DNA from: Candidatus Levybacteria bacterium CG2_30_37_29
Lineage (GTDB): Bacteria > Patescibacteriota > Microgenomatia > Levybacterales > GWA1-39-11
Reading direction: 5' to 3'
Assembly (NCBI GenBank): GCA_001873215.1
Contig: MNYS01000006.1
Span: forward strand, 56,839 to 120,838
Length of the DNA stretch: 64,000 nucleotides
Positions 9,791 to 19,400 of this stretch are shown piece by piece. The stretch's first letter is position 1, and each line of letters begins with the position of its first letter. A program made the position numbers and the translations under genes. Under the pieces are notes generated by a model, which did no database searches, was not told where the DNA came from, and was given only the letters and a program-made list of their open reading frames with translations.

Positions 9791-10528
9791 ATGAATCCTG
9801 AAAAACCAGCTACACAGCTTTATAGAACTGTTAAGCCTGATTATAATTCGTTTGACCAAACTTGCGTGCCCAGGATGTATCTTAAAACAGTCGGTGCGGA
9901 CGATGTGCCTGGACCATCAGTTGTTGAAGAATTTGGTTTGGATGAGACAAAACGATTGATTTTAGGCGAACCACTTCCAAGAGACGGAGTATATAGGAAA
10001 CGACTGATTGATACATCAGAAGAAAGAAATGGAGAAACAATAGATTGGTATTTTATGTTAATGCCTCAAATTGACAGATCGGATATGGTTACATTAACAA
10101 GAATGTTAACCGGTTTGCCTGATAGATTAAAAATGTCTGCCGGCAAATCCTTATGGGAAAATCTACCTACTTGTGAGCTGGAAAAAGACGGAGACATAAC
10201 ATTTTCAAACAACAGTGTTGGATTGCGCCTTGATGGGGTAACTGTCAGTCAAACATACATAGATGAAATTGAAGGAGAAATTGAAGATGAAATTACAGAA
10301 GATGCAAGAGGAAAATCAACAGAGATAATTTTACCTATTGATACGCTTTTTCCTTCTGAAATTGCCGGTATGTTTGGAGATTACGAAATTGCAATAGGAA
10401 TTAGACTTGCAGGATTCGGCTCAGAAAGCATTTTAAAAAAAGCAGAGGAAATGTTGCAGGGGGGAAAATTTAAAGAAAGTGAATTGAGAAAATATCTAAA
10501 TCCATATCTTAAGTGTTATAAGTATTAG
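9791..10528 (+). CDS. hypothetical protein
   Basis: 245-aa acidic ORF upstream of era. Confidence 0.5.
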   Translation: MNPEKPATQLYRTVKPDYNSFDQTCVPRMYLKTVGADDVPGPSVVEEFGLDETKRLILGEPLPRDGVYRKRLIDTSEERNGETIDWYFMLMPQIDRSDMVTLTRMLTGLPDRLKMSAGKSLWENLPTCELEKDGDITFSNNSVGLRLDGVTVSQTYIDEIEGEIEDEITEDARGKSTEIILPIDTLFPSEIAGMFGDYEIAIGIRLAGFGSESILKKAEEMLQGGKFKESELRKYLNPYLKCYKY

Positions 10529-10542
10529 ATATAATAAATAAA

Positions 10543-11355
10543 ATGACTGAATTTGTTGGGAAAAACCCCGATAGTATTGATACCCTTTCGCAGGATTCAA
10601 ATTTTTCTGCCGGTTTTGCGCTGGGTTTAACTGGTGAGCCATTTCCACTAAAGGCGGTAAAAAATGTACGCAGATCATGTATGACTCCGCAAGGAGTTCA
10701 GAATTACGAAAATGGATACATTACAGGCCTTGGTAAAAGAATAGATGATTTAAAAATAAAATTACCAATCATTGAAGTTAAAGAAGATTTATCTCATATT
10801 TTTGCCGAAGACGAGGGAATAAAAGGACTCAATATGGGACTTGCAAGAAGTATTCCTTCCTTTCCGGAATCAGAAACAAAGCAAAAGGTTAATACAGCCA
10901 AGGCACATTACACCGATGGGTACAAAGTCGGGTGGGCTATTGTTACTGCTTCAGAATACGGAAATCCTCCGATTCTTGATGAGATACCTCAAGACGATGA
11001 TGAGCATGCCATTTATGTAAAAGCTAGAAATGGAGATTTTAAAGATATTAATTATAGAGATGCGACTTTTGATGGTGAAATAAAAAAGGATAGAAACAGG
11101 ATAATTCTTCGCACGGGAATTTCCCATTGGCTTTTTGACAAACAGGTAAGTCTTGATCCTGAATTAATTGTTCATTTTCATCCTTTGGTTCGTCTTGGAT
11201 TTGCGTCTGCAATAAACAATACACGTCTTTCTGCAAAGGATTTAAAAAACGAATATGTGAGGCGGGGAGCAATCTTTGCGCGAAAAATATTGGAGATAAA
11301 AAGAACGCAGCAAAAAAACGGATTTCATAAAAAAACAGAAGGAGAAGTTGTATGA
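10543..11355 (+). CDS. hypothetical protein
   Basis: 270-aa ORF whose stop overlaps the era start (ATGA). Confidence 0.5.
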   Translation: MTEFVGKNPDSIDTLSQDSNFSAGFALGLTGEPFPLKAVKNVRRSCMTPQGVQNYENGYITGLGKRIDDLKIKLPIIEVKEDLSHIFAEDEGIKGLNMGLARSIPSFPESETKQKVNTAKAHYTDGYKVGWAIVTASEYGNPPILDEIPQDDDEHAIYVKARNGDFKDINYRDATFDGEIKKDRNRIILRTGISHWLFDKQVSLDPELIVHFHPLVRLGFASAINNTRLSAKDLKNEYVRRGAIFARKILEIKRTQQKNGFHKKTEGEVV

Positions 11356-12200
11356 AAGTAGGCGTTGTAGCATTAATTGGAAGGCCGAATACCGGAAAAT
11401 CAACCTTGGTTAACAATCTTGTTGGACATAAAGTGGCAATTACTTCCCCAAAGCCACAGACAACACAATTTTCAATATATGCTGTTTATGAAGATGAAAA
11501 TGCCCAAATAGTTTTTGTAGATACTCCCGGAATTTTTGCCCGTTCGACTCGCTCCGCGCGCTCAGGGCAGGCCAATCTTGCTGCGTCCAAAGCTTTAAAA
11601 GAGGATGTGAATGTCGTCTTATATATTGTTGATCACACAAGACGCCGTGGCATTGAAGAAAATCGTGTCTTAGGAATTTTACGAAAAATTGATAAGCCAA
11701 AAATCTTGGTAATCAATAAAATTGATAAGAAAGAACCAAGCTATAGGGAAGAGTATAGATTTTTGGAAGACGAATTTGATTCTGTTGTGGAGGTGTCTGC
11801 AATAAAACCGTTGAATCTCTCTCTTCTTGTTGCAAAAATTCTTGAGTTTTTGCCCGAGGGAGAAAAACAAATAGTCCGTGAAGATATGGCAACACCGGCG
11901 CTCAACCTTAGTTCGAACCTTTATATTGAAGAGAATATCCGTGAGAAAGCGTTTCTTGTTTTGCGAGACGAGCTTCCGTACAAGCTTCGAGTGGTAGTTG
12001 ATGAAGTAAAAAAAAGAAATAAATCAAAAATATTTTACATTAAAGCAAGAATTATTGTTGCCGACAAGCGTTATAAAAAAATGGTAATTGGCGCAGGGGG
12101 GCAAAGGATAAAAGTTATAGGAAGTATGGCGCGACGCGAGTTGGAGGTTGCAACCGGACAGAAAATTTATCTTGATTTGACAGTTGAGGTGGAGGAATAA
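11352..12200 (+). CDS. era: GTPase Era
   Basis: G1 motif GRPNTGKST, G3 motif DTPG, NKID, and a C-terminal KH domain. Confidence 0.85.
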   Translation: MKVGVVALIGRPNTGKSTLVNNLVGHKVAITSPKPQTTQFSIYAVYEDENAQIVFVDTPGIFARSTRSARSGQANLAASKALKEDVNVVLYIVDHTRRRGIEENRVLGILRKIDKPKILVINKIDKKEPSYREEYRFLEDEFDSVVEVSAIKPLNLSLLVAKILEFLPEGEKQIVREDMATPALNLSSNLYIEENIREKAFLVLRDELPYKLRVVVDEVKKRNKSKIFYIKARIIVADKRYKKMVIGAGGQRIKVIGSMARRELEVATGQKIYLDLTVEVEE

Positions 12201-12521
12201 ATGATAAGTGAAACAGGGCAGTTTTTAGGAAGACGAATGCAGGAGCCGCGTCCGGTGGATTCTACAGTCGTAAAACAAGCAATCCGCGAAAATATAAGAA
12301 AGCTTGATTATTTTCCCAAAATGGAAATGATAGTGGATGATAAAGGAACAGTGGAAGACAAATGGGGAGTAGAAATCGCATGGACTAGAAGCAATCCGGA
12401 ATTAACGCATCCTGATACAGGATTTATTCTTACGTGGAACGGATTATATGAAGAAGAAGTTGCAAGATGCGATTATAATCATTCAAGTAAATTAAGTATA
12501 CACTGGATTTTAGAACGCTAG
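12201..12521 (+). CDS. hypothetical protein
   Basis: 106-aa ORF starting at the era stop. Confidence 0.45.
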   Translation: MISETGQFLGRRMQEPRPVDSTVVKQAIRENIRKLDYFPKMEMIVDDKGTVEDKWGVEIAWTRSNPELTHPDTGFILTWNGLYEEEVARCDYNHSSKLSIHWILER

Positions 12522-12628
12522 TTGAGGCGGCAGACGAAAAATACAGCATTTATGCAAGAAAAGCTATGGTGGAGATTAGCGATTTATTGTTCAAGCAACA
12601 CAATGTCAAAGCTTTTCAAATACCCCAA

Positions 12629-12690
12629 AGTTAGTTAAATGTGTTTGAGGAGGTCTGTCAAGTCTGTCAAGGTCCGTCCTTGATTAGAGG
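12629..12690. promoter_or_regulatory. tandem GTCTGTCAA GTCTGTCAA GGTCCGTCC repeats in the intergenic region
   Basis: Tandem 9-mers read directly. Positioned after era-12201 and downstream of the receiver gene on the opposite strand. Confidence 0.3.
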
Positions 12691-12780
12691 ATTTGGGTTT
12701 ATTAGTGAGCTAAACTGAAAATTAAAGGTGCGGTTCTTGCATTAAAAAGTTAACGAGTTAACGGGTTAATAGATTTGGAG

Positions 12781-13254
12781 TTATGGGGTTGGAGGTTTTT
12801 GGCTGTTACTGCGAAGGGCATTTTCTATGGTTTCTATAAATTCATTAGGTACATATGGTTTTCGTATGATTTGAAGTACTCCCATAGCCAGTAATTGAGT
12901 TGCTTCATCTTGAGTCATTCCTCCCGTCATAACGACAACAGGTACCAGAGTCTCATCCATCACTTCTTTTACGCTAGTTCTATCTTTTCTTTGAAAATCG
13001 GTAACAATTAGTTCTGGTCTGTCGTTTCTCTCCGTTTCTTCAAAATATTCAAGGAGCTCACTTCTACTATTAAAGGTAGAAACCTTCGTAAATCTGGATC
13101 TTTTTAACACTTCTTCATGTATCCTACGTAGCCCCGGGTCAAAACCTTCCACAACCCAAACTCTTTTATCAGAGACATCAATTTTTTCACTTTTTGCCGC
13201 GTTATGAGTTTCGGGTGGTGAAACTTTCTGAAATAATTCTCGTTCGTGAGTCAT
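12781..13254 (-). CDS. single-domain response-regulator receiver (CheY-like) protein
   Basis: Receiver pattern RVWVVEGFD, ELIVTDF (putative phospho-Asp), VVVMTG, IIRKPY. Confidence 0.55.
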   Translation of the reverse strand: MTHERELFQKVSPPETHNAAKSEKIDVSDKRVWVVEGFDPGLRRIHEEVLKRSRFTKVSTFNSRSELLEYFEETERNDRPELIVTDFQRKDRTSVKEVMDETLVPVVVMTGGMTQDEATQLLAMGVLQIIRKPYVPNEFIETIENALRSNSQKPPTP

Positions 13255-13338
13255 AAGTAAATATTATATAATCACTTTTGTGCGATTGCAATAAACAGAA
13301 AATATGTCCGGAACGAAGAATAAAGGAAGAATTGTGTT

Positions 13339-14688
13339 TTAGGTTTGACTATTTTTTTTGTGGCGTGCTTCCCAATCCCTGACTTGTTGAACACTAGGTG
13401 CTTTATACGTAAGTCTCTTCCCGTGCGTAGGACAGCTTGCTGCAACAAAGTGTTTATATCCTCCATTACCATCTTCAACGGTAAATTCTTTATATGAAAG
13501 TTTTGCCGGAAAACGGATATGTTCATCTTTACATTCAAAACACACATGTGCTGTGGGATGGGAAAAACCCGGTTCAAGCACAGCTTTTCTGACAGCCTCT
13601 TCTTCAATAGTTCCCATGCGAGATTTATAGGGCCCTTTGTTTTGCTCCCTTTTATATTGATGTTGTATTTGTCTTGAGGATTCGCCTTCTCCGACAAGAG
13701 CCGTGAATGAATCATGAAATGAAGATGTTCCGGTTTCATGTGCGCATTCCTTATCTCCGCAATGTTGTAAAATATCTTGACGTATATTTTTCTCTCTTCC
13801 TGAAATTCTAATTTTTGTACCACATGTAAATGTAATATCCCTGTCCAGTCCATTTAGAAGATCATATTTAAATCTTCTATAATCTTTGACCATCCGACTC
13901 AAAATTCTCGAATCATCGATTTCTTCAACATCAGGATTATCTTCCCGCAAAGCTCTGTTGCCTTCTTCCAAAAAAGCTAAATAATTTTTATGTTCATCAA
14001 TGGTTTCATCATTATCGATTTTTGCCCTACATTCTTCAACAATATCATTAGCCAATTTACCATCCTGTTCTGCTTCTTTTGGAATTCTGGCTTCCCAAAT
14101 CATTGGATTTTTGCTTGATCTTCCCGGCAGGACATTTACCTTAACAAAACCGGCCTCGACAAGCTTTTCCTTCCTTAATTCAACATTTCTGTCGTTTCCG
14201 CCTTCCTCATAACCAAATATGGCCCCGCATTTTTCCTCACCTATTCTTGCCTTATTCTTGTCTCTTTTAGGATCTTGTCTATTTAGAAGATCTCTATATA
14301 GACTAAATAGTCCTTCCGGAATTTTGTCCAGATCAATAGGGTGGTTGCTGACAAAAAAAATCGCTGCATATTTTCTTTCTCCCGGTTGATTTAGGTCAAA
14401 AAGATGTGCAATTTTCTTCAAGTTATCTCTTTCAAGGGAAGCGCCTACCGTAGGGTTACTTAAATCCACGACAAGAAATTCTCCATTTTTACCCTTGCCG
14501 GGAATTTGTTGCATAAGATGACGGGTGAAAAGCTCTTCCGGTATGTGCGGAAAAATAGTTGGGAAAAGTTCAATAGGGGAAGCGGGTCCTTTAGATTGCG
14601 GTTGTATTTCCTTTGCTGACATTCCTAAACTTTGTAGTGGTTTTTCGTCGTTCCCAAATTCTCCAATGGGCTCTCCTATTTCTGTCAT
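13339..14688 (-). CDS. hypothetical protein with C-terminal zinc-ribbon motifs
   Basis: 449 aa. HVCFECKDEH...CPTHG Cys/His cluster. Overlapping ORF 13272-13853 judged spurious. Confidence 0.55.
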   Translation of the reverse strand: MTEIGEPIGEFGNDEKPLQSLGMSAKEIQPQSKGPASPIELFPTIFPHIPEELFTRHLMQQIPGKGKNGEFLVVDLSNPTVGASLERDNLKKIAHLFDLNQPGERKYAAIFFVSNHPIDLDKIPEGLFSLYRDLLNRQDPKRDKNKARIGEEKCGAIFGYEEGGNDRNVELRKEKLVEAGFVKVNVLPGRSSKNPMIWEARIPKEAEQDGKLANDIVEECRAKIDNDETIDEHKNYLAFLEEGNRALREDNPDVEEIDDSRILSRMVKDYRRFKYDLLNGLDRDITFTCGTKIRISGREKNIRQDILQHCGDKECAHETGTSSFHDSFTALVGEGESSRQIQHQYKREQNKGPYKSRMGTIEEEAVRKAVLEPGFSHPTAHVCFECKDEHIRFPAKLSYKEFTVEDGNGGYKHFVAASCPTHGKRLTYKAPSVQQVRDWEARHKKNSQT

Positions 14689-15072
14689 AGTGAATATATT
14701 TTACCATAGCATGGATAGAGAGTGGTTGTTTTTTTCTTGCGTCTTTTAAAAAAGACGCCCAAAACTTCTTGTGAATGAAGCCGGACTATTTTTGTTCGTT
14801 CACTTGTCGGGTGATTTCACCCCTTCCTCGATCCTTCGGACGAGGAATCCCCCTGACGCGTTCACTCACAAAAACTTTACGTCCTAATGCTTCAATCGCA
14901 AGGAGAAAATATGCTGTGAAATGGTGAATTTTTGCAAGATTTTTCCAAGAAAAAACCGCCCTTTGGCAAAACCCGTGTGACGTTGAGGTCACAGGAAATC
15001 GTTTGGGGCGGTTTTTCAACCAAGGGTCACGGTGACATGAGCTTCTCCTTGCGAAGAGTGGTGGTGCCAGAG

Positions 15073-15399
15073 CTAGTCAGGAACGCCAAGACAGAGCTTG
15101 AAGTCCATTCTGGTTATTTCGAGCCTGATCCGCTCTGCGAGTTGTCGTAGATAGAACTGGTCGAGGTCAGTCGTCAGCACGACGGCGTATTCGAAAGGAC
15201 CTGCGACGGTCGTAGTCACTTCGGCGGTTTTTCCCATCATCGCACGGATTTCGTGTGCGACGGTGTTAGCCGTTCCCTTCGTGACTTCGAAGATGGCGTA
15301 TCCTCTCACCAAAGATCTCTTCGATCGGGCTTCGAGCTTCTGTGGAAGACTTCGTCGGTCCACCCGGTGTACACGAGGATTACCTCGTTTCGAATCCAT
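15073..15399 (-). CDS. small protein resembling the Lrp/AsnC C-terminal (RAM/ACT-like) domain, inside the high-GC island
   Basis: GYAIFEVTKGTANTVAHEIRAMMGKTAEVTTTVAGPFEYAVVLTTDLDQF follows a beta-alpha-beta-beta-alpha-beta pattern. GC-rich codon usage unlike its neighbours. Confidence 0.4.
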   Translation of the reverse strand: MDSKRGNPRVHRVDRRSLPQKLEARSKRSLVRGYAIFEVTKGTANTVAHEIRAMMGKTAEVTTTVAGPFEYAVVLTTDLDQFYLRQLAERIRLEITRMDFKLCLGVPD

Positions 15400-15421
15400 C
15401 TGGCGAGCCTTTTGATGCTCT

Positions 15422-15721
15422 TCATTTTAACTTCCGAACGGGCTCGGTCCATCGCTCGATACAATTTCGCGCGGCTTTGTCTTCATCGCGTGCGAAATCA
15501 AGATCTGCGAGGATCTGGTTGACGGTGGCGTGATCGCCCGATGCGTCCGCGAGCACAGATGCTTCTCGTAGCTTGTACTCGAGATCGGCAACGTTCTGTC
15601 GCGCTTCGGCAAGAGCTGTGAGAGCCGAGTAGGCTTCCTCCATTGCGAATGCTACCTGTAGCATCATTCGGGATATACCTCTCCTAGTGTTCGATTGACC
15701 TGACGGATGTCTGTCCGGCAA
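15422..15721 (-). CDS. hypothetical Ala/Arg-rich protein (island)
   Basis: 99-aa helical ORF in the high-GC segment. Overlapping ORFs occur on both strands, so frame choice is uncertain. Confidence 0.3.
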   Translation of the reverse strand: MPDRHPSGQSNTRRGISRMMLQVAFAMEEAYSALTALAEARQNVADLEYKLREASVLADASGDHATVNQILADLDFARDEDKAARNCIERWTEPVRKLK

Positions 15722-16263
15722 GCTTGTCTATGAAGCTCTGAATCCTGGTGTCATCACCTGTTAGAGTAATGGTTGCCACCGTAGGACCAAAGCTTTTTCT
15801 CTGGATTCTAACCCCATCCGGGATGTGTTTGTTGACCCAGCTTGCCACGCGGGTTTGGACGAAGGAGGTGTAATGCACCTTGACTTTCGTTGTCTTGGTA
15901 AACACCTTTCCTCCTACTTGCCGCTGCCGAATGTTTGGCTGTTACCGATCTTAACGCCGTTTGGCTTGCGCCTTGGTTTTGTCGGCGGTTCGACCTTGAC
16001 TCCAGGGATTCCTGGTTTTGTCGTTCGTACGAACCTTGATGGATTATTTGCCACGGAATTGTCCCTCTCCTGCCCGTTTGCTATGTGGGATCTGCGTAGA
16101 AGCGAGATGTGACTGCCGGTTGAGAGAAGGTACACCTCCCCCAAGTGCACTTAACAAAGAGCGTCTTACCATTTTGGAGCTGGACGATCGTGTTAAGCCT
16201 CTTGCACTTTGGGCAAATGGTTTTTTTCCTTTTATCTCTCTTGGCCACCGTGTTTCCCTCCAT

Positions 16264-16497
16264 TCAGACGGTAAGCGTAAGGATCCGTTCGACGGCAAGC
16301 ATGATGCTGCCGATGAAGCTTAAAGCTGCTCCCGCAATAAACGTTATAGCGAGATTCTCGATGACCCAAGGCTCCCAAGAAGGAGATCCTCGAATTGAGA
16401 CGAATCGTTTCAACGAATAAAAAGTAAGAGCTGTAAGTCCCACAAAAGCTCCTCCAATCGTTGAACCCCAAAGTCCCAATATGAATACGACGTGCAC
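16264..16497 (-). CDS. small two-TM membrane protein (island)
   Basis: 77 aa with two hydrophobic helices. Confidence 0.35.
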   Translation of the reverse strand: MHVVFILGLWGSTIGGAFVGLTALTFYSLKRFVSIRGSPSWEPWVIENLAITFIAGAALSFIGSIMLAVERILTLTV

Positions 16498-16507
16498 GAG
16501 TCCCTCC

Positions 16508-16897
16508 CTAATGGTGGTTTTTGTGATAGTGTCCGAGAGTGAGCAGTCCGATGAAGACGGTTCCGATGACGACGCCGGTTATGGCCCGATAGTCAGTGTG
16601 TACTCCATTTTTGTAGGCGTTGTCGATGAGGACAGCGCCGCACAGAAGTGTTAGTACGATAATGGTTCCAAGCCTGTCAAAATAATCCAAGTCTCCCTCC
16701 CTGCGGGGTTGAAAGGTGGTCGTTGACGAGATGCATTGGCTTCCCTTGCCAATCTGACTGTTGATGAATTCATGTCTAAAACACGCGGATTCGCAAATAT
16801 GCAAATTGTCATCTGCTGTCCACGCGTGTGTGACCCAAGTTGTCAAAGAACAAAGCCAAATCCCAAAGCAGGGAAGTGGTCTTGCAAATTGACACAA
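16508..16897 (-). CDS. small membrane protein (island), start uncertain
   Basis: C-terminal half has two TM helices and a His-rich tail. N-terminal part is doubtful. Confidence 0.3.
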   Translation of the reverse strand: MCQFARPLPCFGIWLCSLTTWVTHAWTADDNLHICESACFRHEFINSQIGKGSQCISSTTTFQPRREGDLDYFDRLGTIIVLTLLCGAVLIDNAYKNGVHTDYRAITGVVIGTVFIGLLTLGHYHKNHH

Positions 16898-17162
16898 TCC
16901 CTAAAGACGGATTTGGCGATATAGATGCGATTATAGCACTTTATTAACAAGGAATCAAAAAGACTATAAGATTGTATTTGAGGCTATTGGATCCCAGCTT
17001 CGAACATTATATAGCCTATAGATATTTACTATACACACCCGAGTTCAAGTATCTTTAATAGCTCATAGTGATTTATTACATTTGCAGAGGCTTATAGAGG
17101 TTAGTTGTGTTAAGTAAATCTATCCTCTTGTCAAAACAATCAATGAACGATACTATAAATAT

Positions 17163-18041
17163 ATGTCGGATTATAAATTCGTTAACATTCCGAGTCTTGA
17201 GAATTGGGTGATACTCGCGCCAAAGCGCTCAAAAAGACCGGATATTCATGAAAAGAAAAAAAAGCTTTGCCCGTTTTGTGTGGGTAACGAGAAAAAAGAT
17301 CCTGACGTTTATAGAATAGGAGGCGAGGGGTTGGATCAAAACTGGTCTGTACGCGTCGTAAAAAATAAATATCCGTTTGCTCCTATTCACGAAGTAATTA
17401 TTCATTCCCCACAGCACATAGAGCACTTGACAGATCTTCCTCTTTCCCAGATACAGCTTGTTATTGAGGCATTTGTTAATAGATTCAACGCTCACATAAA
17501 AGAAGGAACCGTAATTATTTTTGGGAATTCGGGACATGATGCAGGGGAAAGTATCGGTCACACGCATTCACAGCTTGCAGTTGTTCCAAGGGATGTGCCC
17601 GTTGTCGTACCGCGACTTGAGGAAATTCTTGATTATACAGGAGAGCATTTTATGGTAAAAGACTTCAAGCTTATTTGTCCGCCTTATTCTCAGTGGCCTG
17701 ATGAAGTTTGGATAATACCTACGGCTCGCGGAAAAATTTTTAGTGAAATCACTTTTGAAGAGATAGAAAGTCTTTCTTATGTGCTAAAACATCTGCTTCG
17801 TATTCTTGCTGCACGTCACGGCCACGAATTCCCGTATAACTTTTACATTTACCCTTATCGTGACTGGTACTTGCGAATTATGCCGCGTGCAAAAATCGCC
17901 GGTGGATTTGAGATGGCAACGGGGATTTTCGTAAATACGCAGGATCCGCGTGACACAATGAAATTTATAAAACAGCACTTTTTTGAGGAAGACGAAGAGA
18001 AAATTAAGATAAACAAAGCGGAGTATAGAAAAGGAGTGTAG
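17163..18041 (+). CDS. GalT-like HIT-superfamily nucleotidyltransferase (galactose-1-phosphate uridylyltransferase family)
   Basis: CPFC zinc motif near the N-terminus and H-T-H-S-Q (HxHxQ) active-site motif. Confidence 0.6.
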   Translation: MSDYKFVNIPSLENWVILAPKRSKRPDIHEKKKKLCPFCVGNEKKDPDVYRIGGEGLDQNWSVRVVKNKYPFAPIHEVIIHSPQHIEHLTDLPLSQIQLVIEAFVNRFNAHIKEGTVIIFGNSGHDAGESIGHTHSQLAVVPRDVPVVVPRLEEILDYTGEHFMVKDFKLICPPYSQWPDEVWIIPTARGKIFSEITFEEIESLSYVLKHLLRILAARHGHEFPYNFYIYPYRDWYLRIMPRAKIAGGFEMATGIFVNTQDPRDTMKFIKQHFFEEDEEKIKINKAEYRKGV

Positions 18042-18042
18042 G

Positions 18043-19194
18043 TTAGAGTTTGACCTGATTTGAATTTAAAAGTGTTTGAGCAGGAGTTGGTTTTGGGACA
18101 GGAATAGCTCGTATTTCTTCTACGTCTTTTTCGCTTTCATAAAAAGCATTTGATATTTTTTCCAACTCTTCAGCCGCTTGTAAAGCCCCACGAGCCGCTT
18201 TCAGGGTTATTCCAATAAGTGTTGCTTGTTTTATTGCTTCTTGTTCAAGAAGATCTTTTTGTTCTTTTACAAGTTCAGCGTTTTTTTCTTCAATTGCTTT
18301 TTTGAGTGCTTCTTCACGCCTTGTTAACGATTTTTGAGCTGCGTCTGACGCTTCTTTCGAAAGTTCTTCCAGTGAATTTTTTATTCCTTGAGATACGTCT
18401 TGCGCGTCCTTTATTTTGTCCTCCAACTCACTATTTATACTATCCCGGATTTCATTCTCCATAATATTTTGCGGAAGTGAGTCTTCTACTTCTACTTTTG
18501 CTTTTTTCACAGTGGCCTGTGTCAATTCAATCCGTAGTTTTAATTCTCCATCTGCTTGTTTTTCAAGACCTTTCAAAATATCCCGTTCTGTTTTGATCTT
18601 TTCATTTATTTGTTGGGATAGTAGTGAAACATCTTTCCCTTTTTGCTCTGCATCAGTCAGCGCGGTTGCTGCTTTTTGTGTTTCTGATGCCAATTCGGAA
18701 AGTGCAATATTTATACCCTTTTGATTATTTTTTAGAAGTTCTGCCTTTAATTCTGCAAGTCTTTCACCGGCAATATCTGCTCTAAGCTTTGCCTTGTCTT
18801 CCGGTGAAAAGGCTAGTAAAAGACGTACTTGCTGTTTTAATTTATCGACGAAATAAAAAGGGCTGTCTGGAAGAATAAGTCCAGGGCCGGAAGAGATAGA
18901 AGGAAAATTCAACTCTGATGCTTGTGTTGATGCTCCTAGGACTCGGTTTCTATGGCGTGCCAAGACTGACTGTGTAGCTGAAAAAAGCAAAACCAGAGCA
19001 AGAAAAACAGGTATAATTCTTTTCACGCTTATAGCGTAATACAGTTTGTTTGTAAATGTCAAGCTGGTAGCGTATCCGGTAATTGCACGATGTATATTCT
19101 TTATGTATAATCCTTGGTTAATATGAAAGAAAAGCTGGATGATAATAAGTATACGATAAGAAGAAGTAATAGAACTGTAGAAACAAAAATACAT
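18043..19194 (-). CDS. secreted/membrane-anchored coiled-coil protein (probable GTG start near 19026)
   Basis: Signal-peptide-like VKRIIPVFLALVLLFSATQSVLA, then ~250 aa of Lys/Glu-rich coiled coil. The first ~55 codons of the track ORF are probably not translated. Confidence 0.5.
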   Translation of the reverse strand: MYFCFYSSITSSYRILIIIQLFFHINQGLYIKNIHRAITGYATSLTFTNKLYYAISVKRIIPVFLALVLLFSATQSVLARHRNRVLGASTQASELNFPSISSGPGLILPDSPFYFVDKLKQQVRLLLAFSPEDKAKLRADIAGERLAELKAELLKNNQKGINIALSELASETQKAATALTDAEQKGKDVSLLSQQINEKIKTERDILKGLEKQADGELKLRIELTQATVKKAKVEVEDSLPQNIMENEIRDSINSELEDKIKDAQDVSQGIKNSLEELSKEASDAAQKSLTRREEALKKAIEEKNAELVKEQKDLLEQEAIKQATLIGITLKAARGALQAAEELEKISNAFYESEKDVEEIRAIPVPKPTPAQTLLNSNQVKL

Positions 19195-19400
19195 GGTTGT
19201 GAGGCAAATTTTTTCAGACTTGGAGCAAGAATTAATCGTGGCGTAGAGGAAATGGCAGCTTCACTTTGGAAAATGAATTGTGAAGGATGTAATGTTTCAT
19301 CGGTTTTTGAAACAGGAACAAATACCAAGCTAACAAGCGAGCTTGGGGGAATGAGAGATTCAGATTGTCAAAAAAATCAGCCTCTAATCTAAAGCCCTTT

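Noticed and set aside
13272-13853. 193-aa ORF overlapping the 3' half of 13339-14688 in another frame
   Set aside because: Fully nested in a longer ORF that has coherent Cys/His motifs. Low-complexity translation. Judged a shadow ORF.
14700-17150. Possibility that the high-GC segment is an rRNA gene or intron
   Set aside because: None of the universal 16S/23S motifs (for example GTGCCAGCAGCCGCGGTAA, or GGATTAGATACCC on either strand) are present, and the group II domain V consensus is also absent. It is therefore treated as protein-coding or foreign DNA.
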